A stretch of DNA of 50,058 nt, the filler included, from Diploschistes diacapsis (lineage: Eukaryota), in NCBI GenBank assembly GCA_023645945.1. It is 15 parts of 15 records of this genome, joined end to end, with 100 filler letters (N's around TTAATTAATTAA, not from the genome) between each part and the next. Parts side by side here need not be neighbours in the genome. Positions count along the whole stretch, not along the records: positions 1 to 1,003 come from JALAIB010004348.1; positions 1,104 to 2,106 come from JALAIB010004349.1; positions 2,207 to 20,028 come from JALAIB010000435.1; 12 more parts are not named here. One strand, 5' to 3'. Below the pieces are notes generated by a model. That model made no database searches and was not told the DNA's origin. It was given only the letters and a program-made list of their open reading frames with translations. The translations under genes and the position numbers were made by a program. This document shows, piece after piece, positions 1 through 11,346 of this stretch (its first letter is position 1; the number at the start of each line of letters is the position of its first letter).

Positions 1-569
1 TAATTATCCTAATCTTATAGGACCATCTTTATATACTATCAATCTACTCGGCGATAATATTAATTCTCTAAATCTAATAAAACACGCAAGAATTAACGAC
101 CGTTCAAAACACGTCGACATTACTTATCATCACGTACGAGATCTTGTCAAGTAAGAACGTATTAGGGTGTCTTATGTCTTTATCGATAAAATAATTGTTA
201 ATAAGCTTACGAAACCATTAAACTACTTAAAACACGATATTTTTATTAAGGAACTCGATTTAGTTTAAAAGATATTTAATTAAACTATATAGATATATCG
301 GATAATTCCGTCTATAAGAGAATGTTGAGCAAACTGATAGAAGATATGATTAAAAATATAACTGAATTTTAAAAGAAGGTTTAATTTAGTTAAACTCCGA
401 GGTTCAGTTTAGCTGAACCTTCTGGAATTCTAATTAAACCGATTAAGGAATAGTGTAGGTAATAAGACTTAACATATCCCACGAGGATAAAAGTCTGCAA
501 AATAGGATAACCTCCAGGAGAAGACCTCTAGACTTCAATATATCCATTACGTTGCCAAACACATTCAAT
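1..569 (+). mobile_element. RIP-mutated Ty1/Copia retrotransposon 3' end (RNase H C-terminus, purine tract, 3' LTR starting TGTTGAGC at 323)
   Basis: Translation ...GDNINSL...RSKHVDITYHHVRDLVK*...LTKPL matches the Copia RNase H motifs DN / KHIDIxYH / LTKPL. It is followed by a purine run and an ~245-bp TG-started LTR. A second diverged copy lies at 48287-48926. Confidence 0.85.
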
Positions 570-748
570 CGATCCATTATAATAAAAAAATAAAACACGC
601 GAAGATCGATAAAACCCTCCGAATAATTAAAAAGAATTTTATATTTCCTTGGATGAAAACTATCATCGCTCGATTCATTAAAAATTACCGCGACTACCGC
701 CGAGTAAAGCCAACGACTCAAACATCCTAAGAACTCTAGAAACCGTTA

Positions 749-845
749 CATCACGAAAAGTTTTTGGCGGCGAAACACCGCGAAAATCCGCGAGGTTGGC
801 GAAACTGGCGAAACTGGCGAAACCGGCGAAGATGGCGAGGCCAAT
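749..845 (+). mobile_element. Terminus of a DNA transposon (TIR CATCACGAAAAGTTTTT plus GGCGAAA subterminal repeats)
   Basis: The same 17-bp terminus occurs in reverse orientation ending at 1280 and at 49214, each with tandem (T/C)GGCGAAAC units inside and unrelated flanks outside. Confidence 0.65.
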
Positions 846-1003
846 CATTTTTACTAATATATTACGTAAGCAAAAAATTAATGAATTTAATATAATATTA
901 ATAATTTTAATAATTTTAATAATTTTAATTAATTAATGATTATATAATCATAATTACGTAATTATTATTATTATTATATTATATAACTTAAAGTATTTTC
1001 GCT

Positions 1004-1103
1004 NNNNNNNNNNNNNNNNNNNNNNNNNNNNNNNNNNNNNNNNNNNNTTAATTAATTAANNNNNNNNNNNNNNNNNNNNNNNNNNNNNNNNNNNNNNNNN
1101 NNN
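1004..1103. other. Artificial contig linker N44-TTAATTAATTAA-N44 (also 2107-2206, 20029-20128, 21132-21231, 22235-22334, 23337-23436, 24439-24538, 25541-25640, 26643-26742, 27745-27844, 28846-28945, 29947-30046, 47857-47956, 48958-49057)
   Basis: Fourteen identical 100-nt spacers. The 12-mer places stop codons in all six frames. Confidence 0.99.
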
Positions 1104-1280
1104 ATCTTCGCCGGTTTCGCCAGTTTCGCCAGGTTTCGCCCGTTTCGCCAGTTTCGCCCGTTTCGCCCGTTTCGCCATGTTTCCCCAAACGTTTTGGCGA
1201 AAGCTGGCGAAATGGGCGAAACCCGCGAAACAGGCACTTTCGCCAGAAATTTTTTTTTGCTTGAAAAACTTTTCGTGATG
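1104..1280 (-). mobile_element. Opposite-type terminus of the CATCACG-TIR transposon with TTTCGCC tandem repeats
   Basis: Ends in AAAAACTTTTCGTGATG (reverse complement of the TIR at 749), with multiple GTTTCGCC units. The subterminal sequence differs from 749-845. Confidence 0.6.
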
Positions 1281-1689
1281 TATATCGTAATAAACCTTTT
1301 TTATAGAATGTTTACGGAGTATTACCAGCGTTTCGTCGTCGGATCGTTTATCTTAAAAAACTTTATTTTTCTTTAATAAATTTATTTTTTCGTTATACAG
1401 TAATAATTATATCTCGCAATTTCTTCGACGGCGATTCATATACCGTTTCGTTTATTTTTACTTTTTAAATAATTAAACGTAAGACGAATTATTTATAATT
1501 AATAGTCTTAACGATAAGATATAATCATTACTTTACGTCGCATTTATCTCGAGCTTACTGATTAAAATTAAATTTTCTAAAAATATTATTCTTAAATTAA
1601 AGTTTTTTAAGCTTTTAAAATATTGCGTTTATCTTATTACAAATATGCTTCATTATTTATAATTAATTAGTTACCGATATGTTTATCGT

Positions 1690-1932
1690 TGAGACAGCAC
1701 AGCCCAGAGGCTTGCCAAGCCACGGCAGAATCAATGCCCAGGTGCTTACCAAGACACGACAGGGTCAGGAAATGGCTGTATAGATGGGTAGTTCCCAAAC
1801 CCCGGTAGGCTAGCATCTATATTACTTAACGGTACCCTCTTCCCATTTAAATAGTTTCTTTTTCAGCTTTTCGAATCGAGATCTTTTACCTATAAATACC
1901 TAAGCTATATCTAATCCTTCCGGATCAGGCTT
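1690..1932 (+). mobile_element. LTR family A copy (3'-truncated, partly RIPed)
   Basis: Shares the CAGCTTTTCGAATCGAGA...AATCCTTCCGGATCAGGC core with copies at 21762, 25787, 26743 and 49220. Confidence 0.8.
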
Positions 1933-2363
1933 AACTTTTAATAAAATAACATCTTTTTTTACGCTAACGTTTTATATTCGAAAAGTTTACTTTACTTTCG
2001 TATTCGTGACAAATTTAAAACGTTAACCGAATATTAAATATTCAAATGAATTTATAATAACCGGAACTCGAAAATATTATCCGCCGATTTATTATAAATA
2101 ATGATTNNNNNNNNNNNNNNNNNNNNNNNNNNNNNNNNNNNNNNNNNNNNTTAATTAATTAANNNNNNNNNNNNNNNNNNNNNNNNNNNNNNNNNNNNNN
2201 NNNNNNGGGCGGGGGAGTTTCGTGGCTCCATACTCGAGCAAAGAGTAACATCACTTTAAAAAGGAGGCAGTAGGGTCCATAGGTAGAGCCCACCGCCCTT
2301 TTTACTTGTTCTCTCTCCTCTTTTTTGCCCTCTATATCAACACAGCAAAGACCGCCAACTCAC

Positions 2364-2632
2364 CAGAGCTCCCACTCCTTCCTCCCCTCGACCGCCTTCG
2401 CCTCCTTCCCTTCCCCTTCCACTATCCCCTCCAGCTCCGGACACCCGTCGCTGAACCCAAGGCCAACGTGGATGACCTGCATGCCCATCGAGCGTGCAGC
2501 TCCCATCGCTCGAACGGCCTGGTCGATGACCGATGCAGGAGCATTCGTGAATTCGAGGATGCTCGGTTGGATGTCGAGGGTGAGGAGGGCGGTGCTTTGG
2601 GGGTCGGCTAGGGGACGGTAAGGTGGAGTCAT
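2364..2632 (-). CDS. Isochorismatase-like (cysteine hydrolase) family protein, 5' part only
   Basis: MTPPYRPLADPQSTALLTLDIQ...AARSMGMQVIHVGLGF..G.PE matches the family N-terminus (ALLxxDxQ, VIHV). The frame ends at a GTGAGT donor (2363). The remainder is not recoverable before the contig end. Confidence 0.55.
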
Positions 2633-2966
2633 GGTTAGGTGTGAAAGTGGGTTTGAGGACTGGAGAAATTTTGAAAGAAGTGCTGCTTTTTGAGATGGTG
2701 GATCGATCGCTTTCATCTTCTTGAGAAGCCCGTGGTTTAGGCAATGAAGCAGTGACGCGGCGGTCTAGCTTGGGGGGGAAACGACCTTGCCACAACCGAG
2801 CAATGTTTCCTAACTATAAAGGGGATTTGTCGTTTATGAGTTTGTTTGGAGGATCCTTCCAGCAAAGATAGGTGGAACGACAGTGGTCAAAGGACGTGAA
2901 ACATGTTTCTATACAAACAGAATGGGCTAAAGTACTCCGTAAAACAACATCGCTGATAGAAGTCAC

Positions 2967-3734
2967 CTACTTTACACGTCCACCCTGTGATTTTTTCCCA
3001 GTTCCCAGAGTCTTCCCAGTCACTGCATCCTTCCCATCCTTCCTGTTCCTCGCCTTTGCACCGATCGTCCTTCTCGTCTTCATGTACTGGGCCACAACAC
3101 CCGACAGATCCCCTCTGTCGTGCTTCGGCTTCCTCATGTACGTCAGCCGCGCCCTCCTCGCCCTCTTCTCTGCCCGCTGCACAATTTCGATACCAGACAC
3201 CAGTGGACTATACACCTTCACCCAAATCTCCGTCGCTGTCCGCAACAGCTGGTTCCGCAAAAGTATAGCTGTGTCAACGCCGCGCCGCCGGATGTTGATA
3301 CATAAGCCGGCCACAGGTTCGCCGTTCCGGAAGCGCACCAGGAGCACGTCGCCGACATTGGCTTGGTCTATGTTCTTTTTCGAGAAGAGGCGCGTTCGCG
3401 AGGACGTCGGGTCTAGGCGAGAGAGTTCCGATGCTGTGAAGGCTTGAAGGGGCTGAGGGCAGGTTTTGCGGACGGATGGGGGAGGAGGGAAGATTTTGAT
3501 TTTTCGAAGGCCTAGTGGTAGGCATTAGTCCTTGCTTTGGATGTTCCAGCACCGTTGCACATCCATACCTTTCTTAGGTTGATTCAGGAAACCGCCTGGA
3601 GGTTCTGAAAAGATTGGCGTGGGTGTTGAGGTTACCATTGAAAGCTGACGGTACTGCTGTCTCTGCTGGCGCATTTGTCGTAATGCGCTTTTCAAGCAAC
3701 ACAATGGTCGACCTATGGAGATAGAGGAAGACAT
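2967..3734 (-). CDS. img1: Mitochondrial ribosomal protein bL19m (Img1-like), 236 aa; intron 3512-3568
   Basis: VGDVLLVRFRNGEPVAGLCINIRRRGVDTAILLRN...VYSPLV.GIEIVQRA.KRARRARLTYMR is the L19 signature. It has an Arg-rich presequence, and the GTATGG...ACTAAT...TAG intron joins the exons in frame (166+545 nt). Confidence 0.92.
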
Positions 3735-4118
3735 AGTGTGCTTTTCGTGGGGAGGTAAAGGAGTTGTAGTGAAAGCTGCTGCAGTTCTTATGGCTTCGCG
3801 GAAGGGAGATGTCGTTGGAGTCGGGAGATTTCCCGGGATCCAGTATTCTGTCAGCGCTAAGTCAATGTATGTAACAATCAACCTTTCTTAAGCTACTGAT
3901 CTGTATCCCTAGGGTGTCTTAATAAGCAAAAATACGCTGCAAATGCTGACGGTATACTCATATTTGCACTAAGATTTTGTAGACCAGCTCTTCTTGACCC
4001 ACACAAAGCCTTTCAAGAACCTTCATACGTCGCCCTTGTACCTCAAATCCTCCCTTGGATTTCTATACGCTACTTTCGCTACTTCGAGTCGCATTACAAA
4101 CCTTCTCTATCTACTCTA

Positions 4119-5298
4119 ATGGCGGCGCGAGCCCCAGAGGCGTTGCGCAACTGCCTCCGCCAATGCACCGCCAAAAAGCAAACCCGAAGCTTTTCTTCCA
4201 GCTGTCGACGGTGTAAGAATGGTAATACGTATCAGTCCCCAAAGCAGTGTGCCCCTCCATTTACACCATCTAGGTCCGCTCACGACCTTCCCCCAAACGT
4301 CCTCCCCTGAGCTTGACTCCATCTTCTCGACCTGGCGCCGGACCGTCTTCTTCCCATCCCACCTCCCGCCCCAACACACCAGCCTGATATACCGCAAGTC
4401 CCTGCAGCACTTCCTGACGGGCGAAGAGCCCATGTCGGCCAAAGTCGTCACGTACAAGCCCCTCGCGCACGAGAAACCCAAAACGGAAACCTTCACCCTC
4501 GAGCCCCTCGACCACTTCGACGAGCCCAACACGCGCGCCGCCTTCCACCGTGTCCTCTCCCTCCTGCAGGAAAAAAAGGACTGGGAGGTCTTCGCGCACT
4601 TCCTCAACGAGCTGCGCCTCTCCGGCCGCAAGATAAGCCGGGTGATGGTGCAGAGGATAATCAAGAAGGCTGCGCACACGGGCCACATGGGCATGGCGAT
4701 CGAGCTGTTCCGGCGCACGCCGCTGACGGGCCTGCGCATCGAGGACACGCAGATCGCGATGGAGATCATGCTGGGCGCGATGCACAGGGCCGTCGCGGCG
4801 GAGTGGGGCGAGGGAGAGTTGGAGCGCGCGCAGAAGAATGCGGAGACGGCGCTGAGGATGATGGCCGATCCGAACCATGGGCCTGAGGATGTGGTGGCCG
4901 GGCCAGCGAACGAGGCGGAGGTGGTGGGCGTGCCGCTGGCGCTGGCGGGGGCGAGGGCGGTGAAGTATAAGGGGGGAAAGGATGAGGAAGGGAAGGTCAA
5001 GCAGCATGCTGAGCGCTTCGCGGAATGTTTTCAAGGGAGGCGGCTGGAGCTTGATGGGGGCAGTGCGGTGGAGGCAAATCTTTTTCTTGCGCATTGGGCT
5101 CCAGCTTGGTTTGGGATTCACATGGCGTCTAGGATTCTCCAGGGAGAGCCTGGGATTACGGATGCATTGAACGACATCGAAGTCTCGCAACTGGATCCGT
5201 TGCTGAAGCGAGCTATGGAGTCTGCGGAGTCTCAAGATCCGCAAGCGGAGAAGAGGAGGGGAGTAAAGCTGTATAATAACCTTTCTTCTATGATTTAG
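4119..5298 (+). CDS. Conserved-type hypothetical mitochondrial protein with helical/PPR-like segment; intron 4213-4273
   Basis: Presequence MAARAPEALRNCLRQC...TRSFSSSCRR, a GTAAGA...TAG phase-1 intron joining a long ORF, and strong GC3 codon bias. Confidence 0.75.
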
Positions 5299-5377
5299 CC
5301 GGCTTGCTTGCAATTTTCGAAACCTAGATGCACATAAGGAGATGGTCATTTCACATCGTGGTCCCGCGTAAACGCTA

Positions 5378-7142
5378 TCATTCCAAGGACAGGGTATGAT
5401 CATCGCCAAACGTGCCGACAACACCAGTATTCACGGTACCACCCACCACAGCCGGCCCGCTGACAACAATCCACCCGCTGGGGTTGTCATAGCCTTCGTC
5501 GGCTATCTTCTGCTGTGGCTGCTCGACGACCTTCAGCTCGATGGAGCTTAGCGGCGCTCCAAAGTGGGACCTGCTCCTCGACTTCGGGTCTGGGCGGTAA
5601 TCGTACACGTGGGTCTGGGCAATAGCACCGGCTACCTTGGCGGCGGTGAGTGCATAAACCACCCGCGACCCGGTGAAGACGCGCACATCGGACAGCTCTT
5701 GAGAGGTGAGCGGAACAGAACCCCCTCCTGCCCGCTCTGAGGTAAAGATCAGGCGAGGACATTGCTGGTTGAATATCGTATTAGCGCCACGCATGGTACC
5801 GGCAGCCAAGGAGCTGGCTTGACGAGAGTTGTGGAGCTTCTGAAAGAGGCTTTGATTCTCCTTAGTTTTCCGTGCTTGCGCCTGAGCAATTGTTTCGGCA
5901 GATGCGATTACTACCGTCGGCTTGATTCTCTGGAAGGCTAGATCGAAGTCTGGAGCCGAGCCTGCGACGGAGGTGAAGGCGATCGAAGCATGCGAGAACA
6001 TTGCAGCTAAGAAAATGGTAAGTGGAAACATAAGAGTGAGTGGCTCCAGAGAAACTACGAGGTCTTTGCTCTCGTAGCGCATATCACGGTGGAGAGCAGC
6101 GATTTGAGCCGCTACTCCGGCAATGATATTCTGTTGACGGTAAGCTCGGGTCTGGCGTAAGAAGCTAGGAATACTTACGGCCTGCTTGAACTCTACAATC
6201 TCATACGAGCTTGTGTTCTTGGATTGCCAAACTGAAACCACATCCGGAGCGTTGTTGATGTCTGTGTCTGTAGGCAGCTGGGAAGTCACGCCCTCTTTAT
6301 TCTTTTCAACGAGATCATAGTACGTGGAGCCGTTGTTGCCCACCTCCGGCTCCAAGAAGTCCATATGCCGACTGGTCTGTTCCACACACCAGACAATGTG
6401 CTTCAGATGTGGCCCATTCTTGGTCAAATCGCTTTGGGAAACAACGCCAGCAGGAGCGAAGATGACATCAGGCTTGGTCTCTTGGAGCAGTGAGCCCAGC
6501 ACCTCGGCAGTCTGTCCTGGCGGAATCAAAATCGGTGAAGCGTTGTAGAAAATACAAGCTACATCCGGTCAGTAGAACAGCAACAGGTTATCCCATATGC
6601 TTCTCACCAAACAGAGCAACAAGAAATTCTACAGAGTTTGGAAGATATATAGCCGCCCTCTTGGCTCCTAGGCTTTGAATATGCTTGCCAACAGCATTGA
6701 TCTCCTTCGACAGAGTCTCAACGTTGTGAGAGATTGGCTCGTCCTTTCCTCTGACACTCAATATCCGCATGGCATCTTCTGTCGAGCCACGAGGCTTGGC
6801 TACCTCTCTCCAAATATCTCTCAGATCGCCATCCCGCCCGGCTGACCATTTAGAAGCTCCATCATCCTTCACCTTAAGACCGCTTCGTAGAGGATATCCA
6901 TGTGGAACGTCAAGGGCTCTATAGGTAGCAGATTCACCTGTTTGCCTCACGGGAGATGGTGCAGCTTGACGAGCAAGCAGTAGCGGGTGGGTGTCCGGCT
7001 CAGCGCCTAAAAACAGCGGTAAGACTAGACAGGCGATGAATGCGGCAAGAAGTAGAGTAGAGTAGATACTCCAACCAGCAAACAGGGTGTCAAGCTGAGC
7101 ATCAATGGCTCCAAGGAAAGACGTTGAAGACTCTGCCATCAT
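5378..7142 (-). CDS. AMP-binding/acyl-CoA synthetase-like fold protein with N-terminal membrane anchor; introns 6559-6607 and 6131-6178
   Basis: Two long ORFs joined by canonical introns. It has an N-terminal TM segment, PDTHPLLLARQA, AIYLPNSVEFLVALF and HFGAPLSSIELK. A canonical adenylation P-loop is not evident. Confidence 0.75.
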
Positions 7143-7570
7143 GTTTCTGCAGTGATCTCTAATTATGGGTCGAGTAGTGGGCTGAGAGTAGAATACATGA
7201 GAAGTCCATGTAAGCTTTCAGCCCTAGAATTTACTGAGTAAAACAAAAGGACTTAAATTAAGTTACCCCGTGAAAGTTCATATGCTATATAACCTAACAT
7301 TGCGGCTTCAATTCGGCTTAAAGTCCAATATAGGTAATTAGATACACTAATCAAAATAAAGCAAAAGCAACGGACCTTTATAACTAGGTAATTGAAGGAG
7401 TTCTTAACATGGCCTAACGGCGCGTCTTTTTCGGCGAACTGGAGACTGTTGCCTCAACTTAGTGTTCTTACAGAGGTACCTCCCGTAGTATATCTAACAA
7501 CCCTCCAAAGTTTTCCAGAGGTAGGGTAAAAGTCTATGGCCTTCTTTGAAGATAGCTTCATCTGGTCCAG

Positions 7571-9860
7571 CTATAGATCACGTGTAGAGGCATATCCATC
7601 TCCTCTATTGCCCAGACTCCTGGCTTTCGCCACCGAATCGCAAATGTACGCTATGACGACGAAGCATAACGGAGGCATCGCTTCAGAGCGTCCGCAAAAT
7701 CCGCGCCGTCTGTCTCGAATCCTAGCGTCAGTCTGCCCGGCTGCATGTCTCCCATCGTGTGGCAATCCTCCAAGCCCTACACCACAATCGAGGACCAGGC
7801 GTCCAGATCCGAAATGTCCAGACCCGATTCTCGCTCGGGGGTCGACGAGCCAGTAAGTGGGAAAGGAGAAGATTTGTTGGGAAAAACCAAAGATAAGGGG
7901 CAAAGGCCGGTATGCGGTTTATTTGGATTAAGTGGATGCTGAGTTGAACAGTACTGCGCAATCATTAGAGACACGTTACAATAAACAGAGGAAGCATGTG
8001 GACTAGGTTTCGAGTCAGATCTGTTGCGGCTTCAGTCGGAGCATGAGCCCAAGCATAATGAAAATAAGAATCTCACCCAGTCCAAAGCCTTTCGCGTCGT
8101 TCAACAGTCAATCCCGGGTGGTTTAGAAAGATCGTTGTAAGCAAATAAGGGTGGCCGTTGATAGCACGGTGAGTGTAATCCTCGCCCACGAAGAAAAAAC
8201 GCCTGGGTTTGCCGGATTGGTCGCTCTAGAGAGACTCGTGGGTCAGCATGGAAGCATTGGCCAATCGGGAAGGAACGAAGCCTTCTTCGGGTATTCCTTA
8301 CGTCGGCATCCTGTTGACCAGGGTATTCACATTGCCGTGAGGTTTCTGGTAGTAACTGGGGAGGAGGCCAAGCTCAGCCTGAATAAACCAGTGACAGCTG
8401 TGGACACGATTCAAAAGCACGTGTGTAAACCGAGTCATTTCGTAGCGGCTCATCGCTAGCCTCGCTTACCTTTGCATATCCCATTGGCTGCCCTCCGTTC
8501 TGCAAAACGTTTGCGAGCCGTATGAAAGGGGTGTTGGTTATCGAGACAAACAATGTGCCCCGAATGCGACGGTGCATCTCGTGAATCAATGGGTCCAGTC
8601 GGGAATAGGCGCACTCCTGATGCAGGCCCATGCTCTGTGCGATGCGCACAACACTGCTGATAAAGGCTAGATTCTTGAGCGCTTCGTCATCGGTTTCGAG
8701 CAGCTGCGGCCCAGGAGCGATGCCACCAAGGCGTTCAATGTAGGACACCGCGTATACTGACAATACTCTAGACTGTTTAGGTAGGCGGTTCCGAGTTGGT
8801 CGACAACGGTTTCCTTGTTCAGACTCATCAGCGATTGGGCACCTTTCCAAAGACTTGATGGCGCCGCAACGGCACCGGAATAGACAACGGAGAAAAGAAG
8901 TGGGATTAAAGTGGGGTCATCGATGAGTCTTTGCGTAGGGGTCACGTTGTCGCTGTGTCCATACTAGTGCTAGAAAGCGTTGTGCTCTTTTCGGAACGTA
9001 GGCAGGTGGACGATCAGATGGATAGACCGGACACCTACAAGAAAGAATATAGGAGGATATCGCTGACGGGTTTCTTAGAAATTCCTTGTAGCAGGTCAAC
9101 GGAGACGCTCCACAATGCTTCAGAATTAGGAGGGCCATGGATATCGTTAAGGAGCTTCTCGCAGAATGCTTCCTGCTCCCGTTCAGCTAAGATTATACCT
9201 ATCCGGTGCCCAATACTCACCTGGCCGTTCACAAGAGCCCAAAAAGGGCTCTCCACATAGCGTGGCGGTGTGGCTTGTAGGCTGCTGGATACTTTGTGAT
9301 AACGACGCCCGGCCAAGGCTGAGCATTAGCCAACGTCTTGCCCCATTCTCGAATGTGGTTTGAGAGAGGGATTGACGCTAGGCGTGGTAGGTTCGCTGCA
9401 AACGCTGCTCACCTTGGCCGTATTCTCGGTTTCATCGAAACCAGAGTCGGAGCCCGTGCCGGAGCCAAGCAAGAATGAGCTTGGGGGTGCAGCAGGTTCG
9501 ACGGCTTCGATAAAGTCAGCGAAACTTGTGGAGGTAGATGGCGGCTCTGTCGTCCGTTTTTCCTGCTGTATCTCATGATTAGGGAGCGGCTCGGAGGTGT
9601 TGGTCGAATTACATCTGTCCTTGTACCCGCTTTGAGAGTATTCACAAGTTTCGCCAATCGTATCGAAGAGTAACATTCTAGGGGTGAAGGCTGGCCGTCA
9701 ATATGGCTGCTTCGTCTGGCCCATGTGGCTTATGGCACAGTCTCATACCGGTCTCTGTTGGCTACAATTGCTCATTAGCGGCTCGAGAAACCACATGGAA
9801 CGTGGTGATAGAGGGTTGCATGCGTCTCCATTGCGCCCAACAACGCGTAGAGGCAATCAG
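7571..9860 (-). pseudogene. Zn(II)2Cys6 / fungal-specific transcription factor pseudogene
   Basis: Fragments lie in different frames: degenerate cluster NCSQQRPV*DC...GETCEYS, YVESPFWALV, LLFSVVYSGAVAA, CPTLNALVASLL, and VVRIAQSMGLHQE...EMHRRI (Fungal_trans domain motif). There are multiple frameshifts and stops. Boundaries are approximate. Confidence 0.75.
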
Positions 9861-10654
9861 CCAGCGTTGCACGATTAGCTGCGCTTTGGCACTCATGATC
9901 GAGAGTCAGGACGGTGAAGAAGAGCTAGGAGAGGACGACGACGTGGGGAAGGGAAGGTGTCGAGTATTGGGTGCTTATGGAGGTTTCAGCTGGTAGAGTT
10001 CGGTAGATCTTCAGTTGTTGACGATCAGAGGGAGCATTATCACATCTCGAGGCTGTGCCGCGGCCAAGTTGTTCGTTATTGTTTTGATACGGCTCTATGG
10101 AGATTCAATAATCAGCACTTGCATTCTATCTGGAATGAACATTGTAGATTAGGCTGGGATTCTTTTTTAACTTTGCTAAAAGGTTAATAAGCAGACCTCT
10201 CGCGCTTAATCCGCCTGCTGTTACCACGGTAGTGGTGATACCGTTGTGGCTCCCAGTGCGGAATAGTAGTTACCGTAATAACATGCTTTATTTAGCCCAA
10301 GGAACTCCATTCCTTTATAATTTCCTTGTACTTCAGCTATGTGCTGTACTTCCTTTCTGTTATAAATGTTCTCAACCGCCGAAGTGCCTAGATTGACTTA
10401 TAACCTATTGTAAACACAAAAGAATTCGACTAGAGTGACCGAGCTGCATGGCAGGTTCGGAGTACCCTGTGGTGATGAGGGCAGTAGAAAGGGTAGATGG
10501 ATTGGATGCTCTAGGAGCTTGGGGAGTGCCTTGACCATATATGTGGCGGCGTAGTGGTAGGTGCCATGGCTGCGTCTAATAAGACAAGGTCATATCATCA
10601 AAGATCGAGTCTGGCCTCGTCACTATAAGTCTCGCTTAAAGGCCATGCATACCT

Positions 10655-11210
10655 TTAGACACGCCCATTCCGAACGCTCCTATCGGCGGGCCCATCGCCC
10701 CTTTCTGGTCTATCCTCCGTCCACTCCCTCTCCTGTTTCAGCCGCGGAATCACCTCCGCAGCCGCCAGCCACGCCACGCCACGCTCTCCCTCACCCCACC
10801 TGCGTCTCCCCTGCGAGGAGCCTGTCCATCATCTCCGCATGGCTCACGATCGTCGGCGTTGGCGCATAGGGGAAATCGCTGCCGTACAACACATGGCCCT
10901 GCTCCGCAAAGTCGAGCAGGAATCTCATCGTATAGGAGATACCGCTCAGCGCGAGGTCGAAACAGAAGCGCCGCGCATCGGCCAAGAACTCGTGTGGCGT
11001 CTTCCGGGTCAAGCCAGCGTCGAAAGCGAGGTGAGCGGCGCGCGTTGCGAGGAAGGGGAACGTGCCGCCGGGGTGGGAGAGGATGGCTGTTTTGACGCCT
11101 TCAACTCCAGGCTTGTACTCGATACTCGGGCGTTCGGCAAATAAGGTTTGGAAGTACGGGGTAATAGTTGTGGGGTAATAGTTGTGCGGGGTTGTACAAC
11201 TCCATCATCA
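10655..11210 (-). pseudogene. Amidohydrolase_2 family decarboxylase remnant (6-methylsalicylate decarboxylase PatG/YanB-like)
   Basis: GVKTAILSHPGGTFPFLATR...ARRFCFDLALS...LLDFAEQGHVLYGSDFPYAP. The C-terminal EVIPRL is in another frame. There is no intact N-terminal HxH motif, and a 14-bp tandem duplication lies near 11158-11185. Confidence 0.8.
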
Positions 11211-11346
11211 ATATGTAAGTAAAATAAGAGCCACAAATGTGAATATATCAAGTGGGTATCTAGGCTGTTGGGCTGTCAACAAGGACTTCTATACTTCTTA
11301 AAATCCTGCAGCATCTTTTCGTTCTTGCGGCAACCTCATCGCTAAA

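Noticed and set aside
741..748. AACCGT beside both the 749 and 49214 TIRs as a target-site duplication
   Set aside because: Both are the same end type on different contigs, so they cannot flank one insertion, and the 8-mers differ.
1048..1059. Recurring TTAATTAATTAA as a biological repeat or CRISPR-like array
   Set aside because: It is always centred in exactly 44+44 Ns, so it is an assembly linker with six-frame stops.
4116..5424. Long antisense ORFs (4116-5000, 4270-5424) and similar ones over sdh3, ams1, the methyltransferase and OGT
   Set aside because: Shadow ORFs caused by high GC3 codon bias of the real genes; no motifs.
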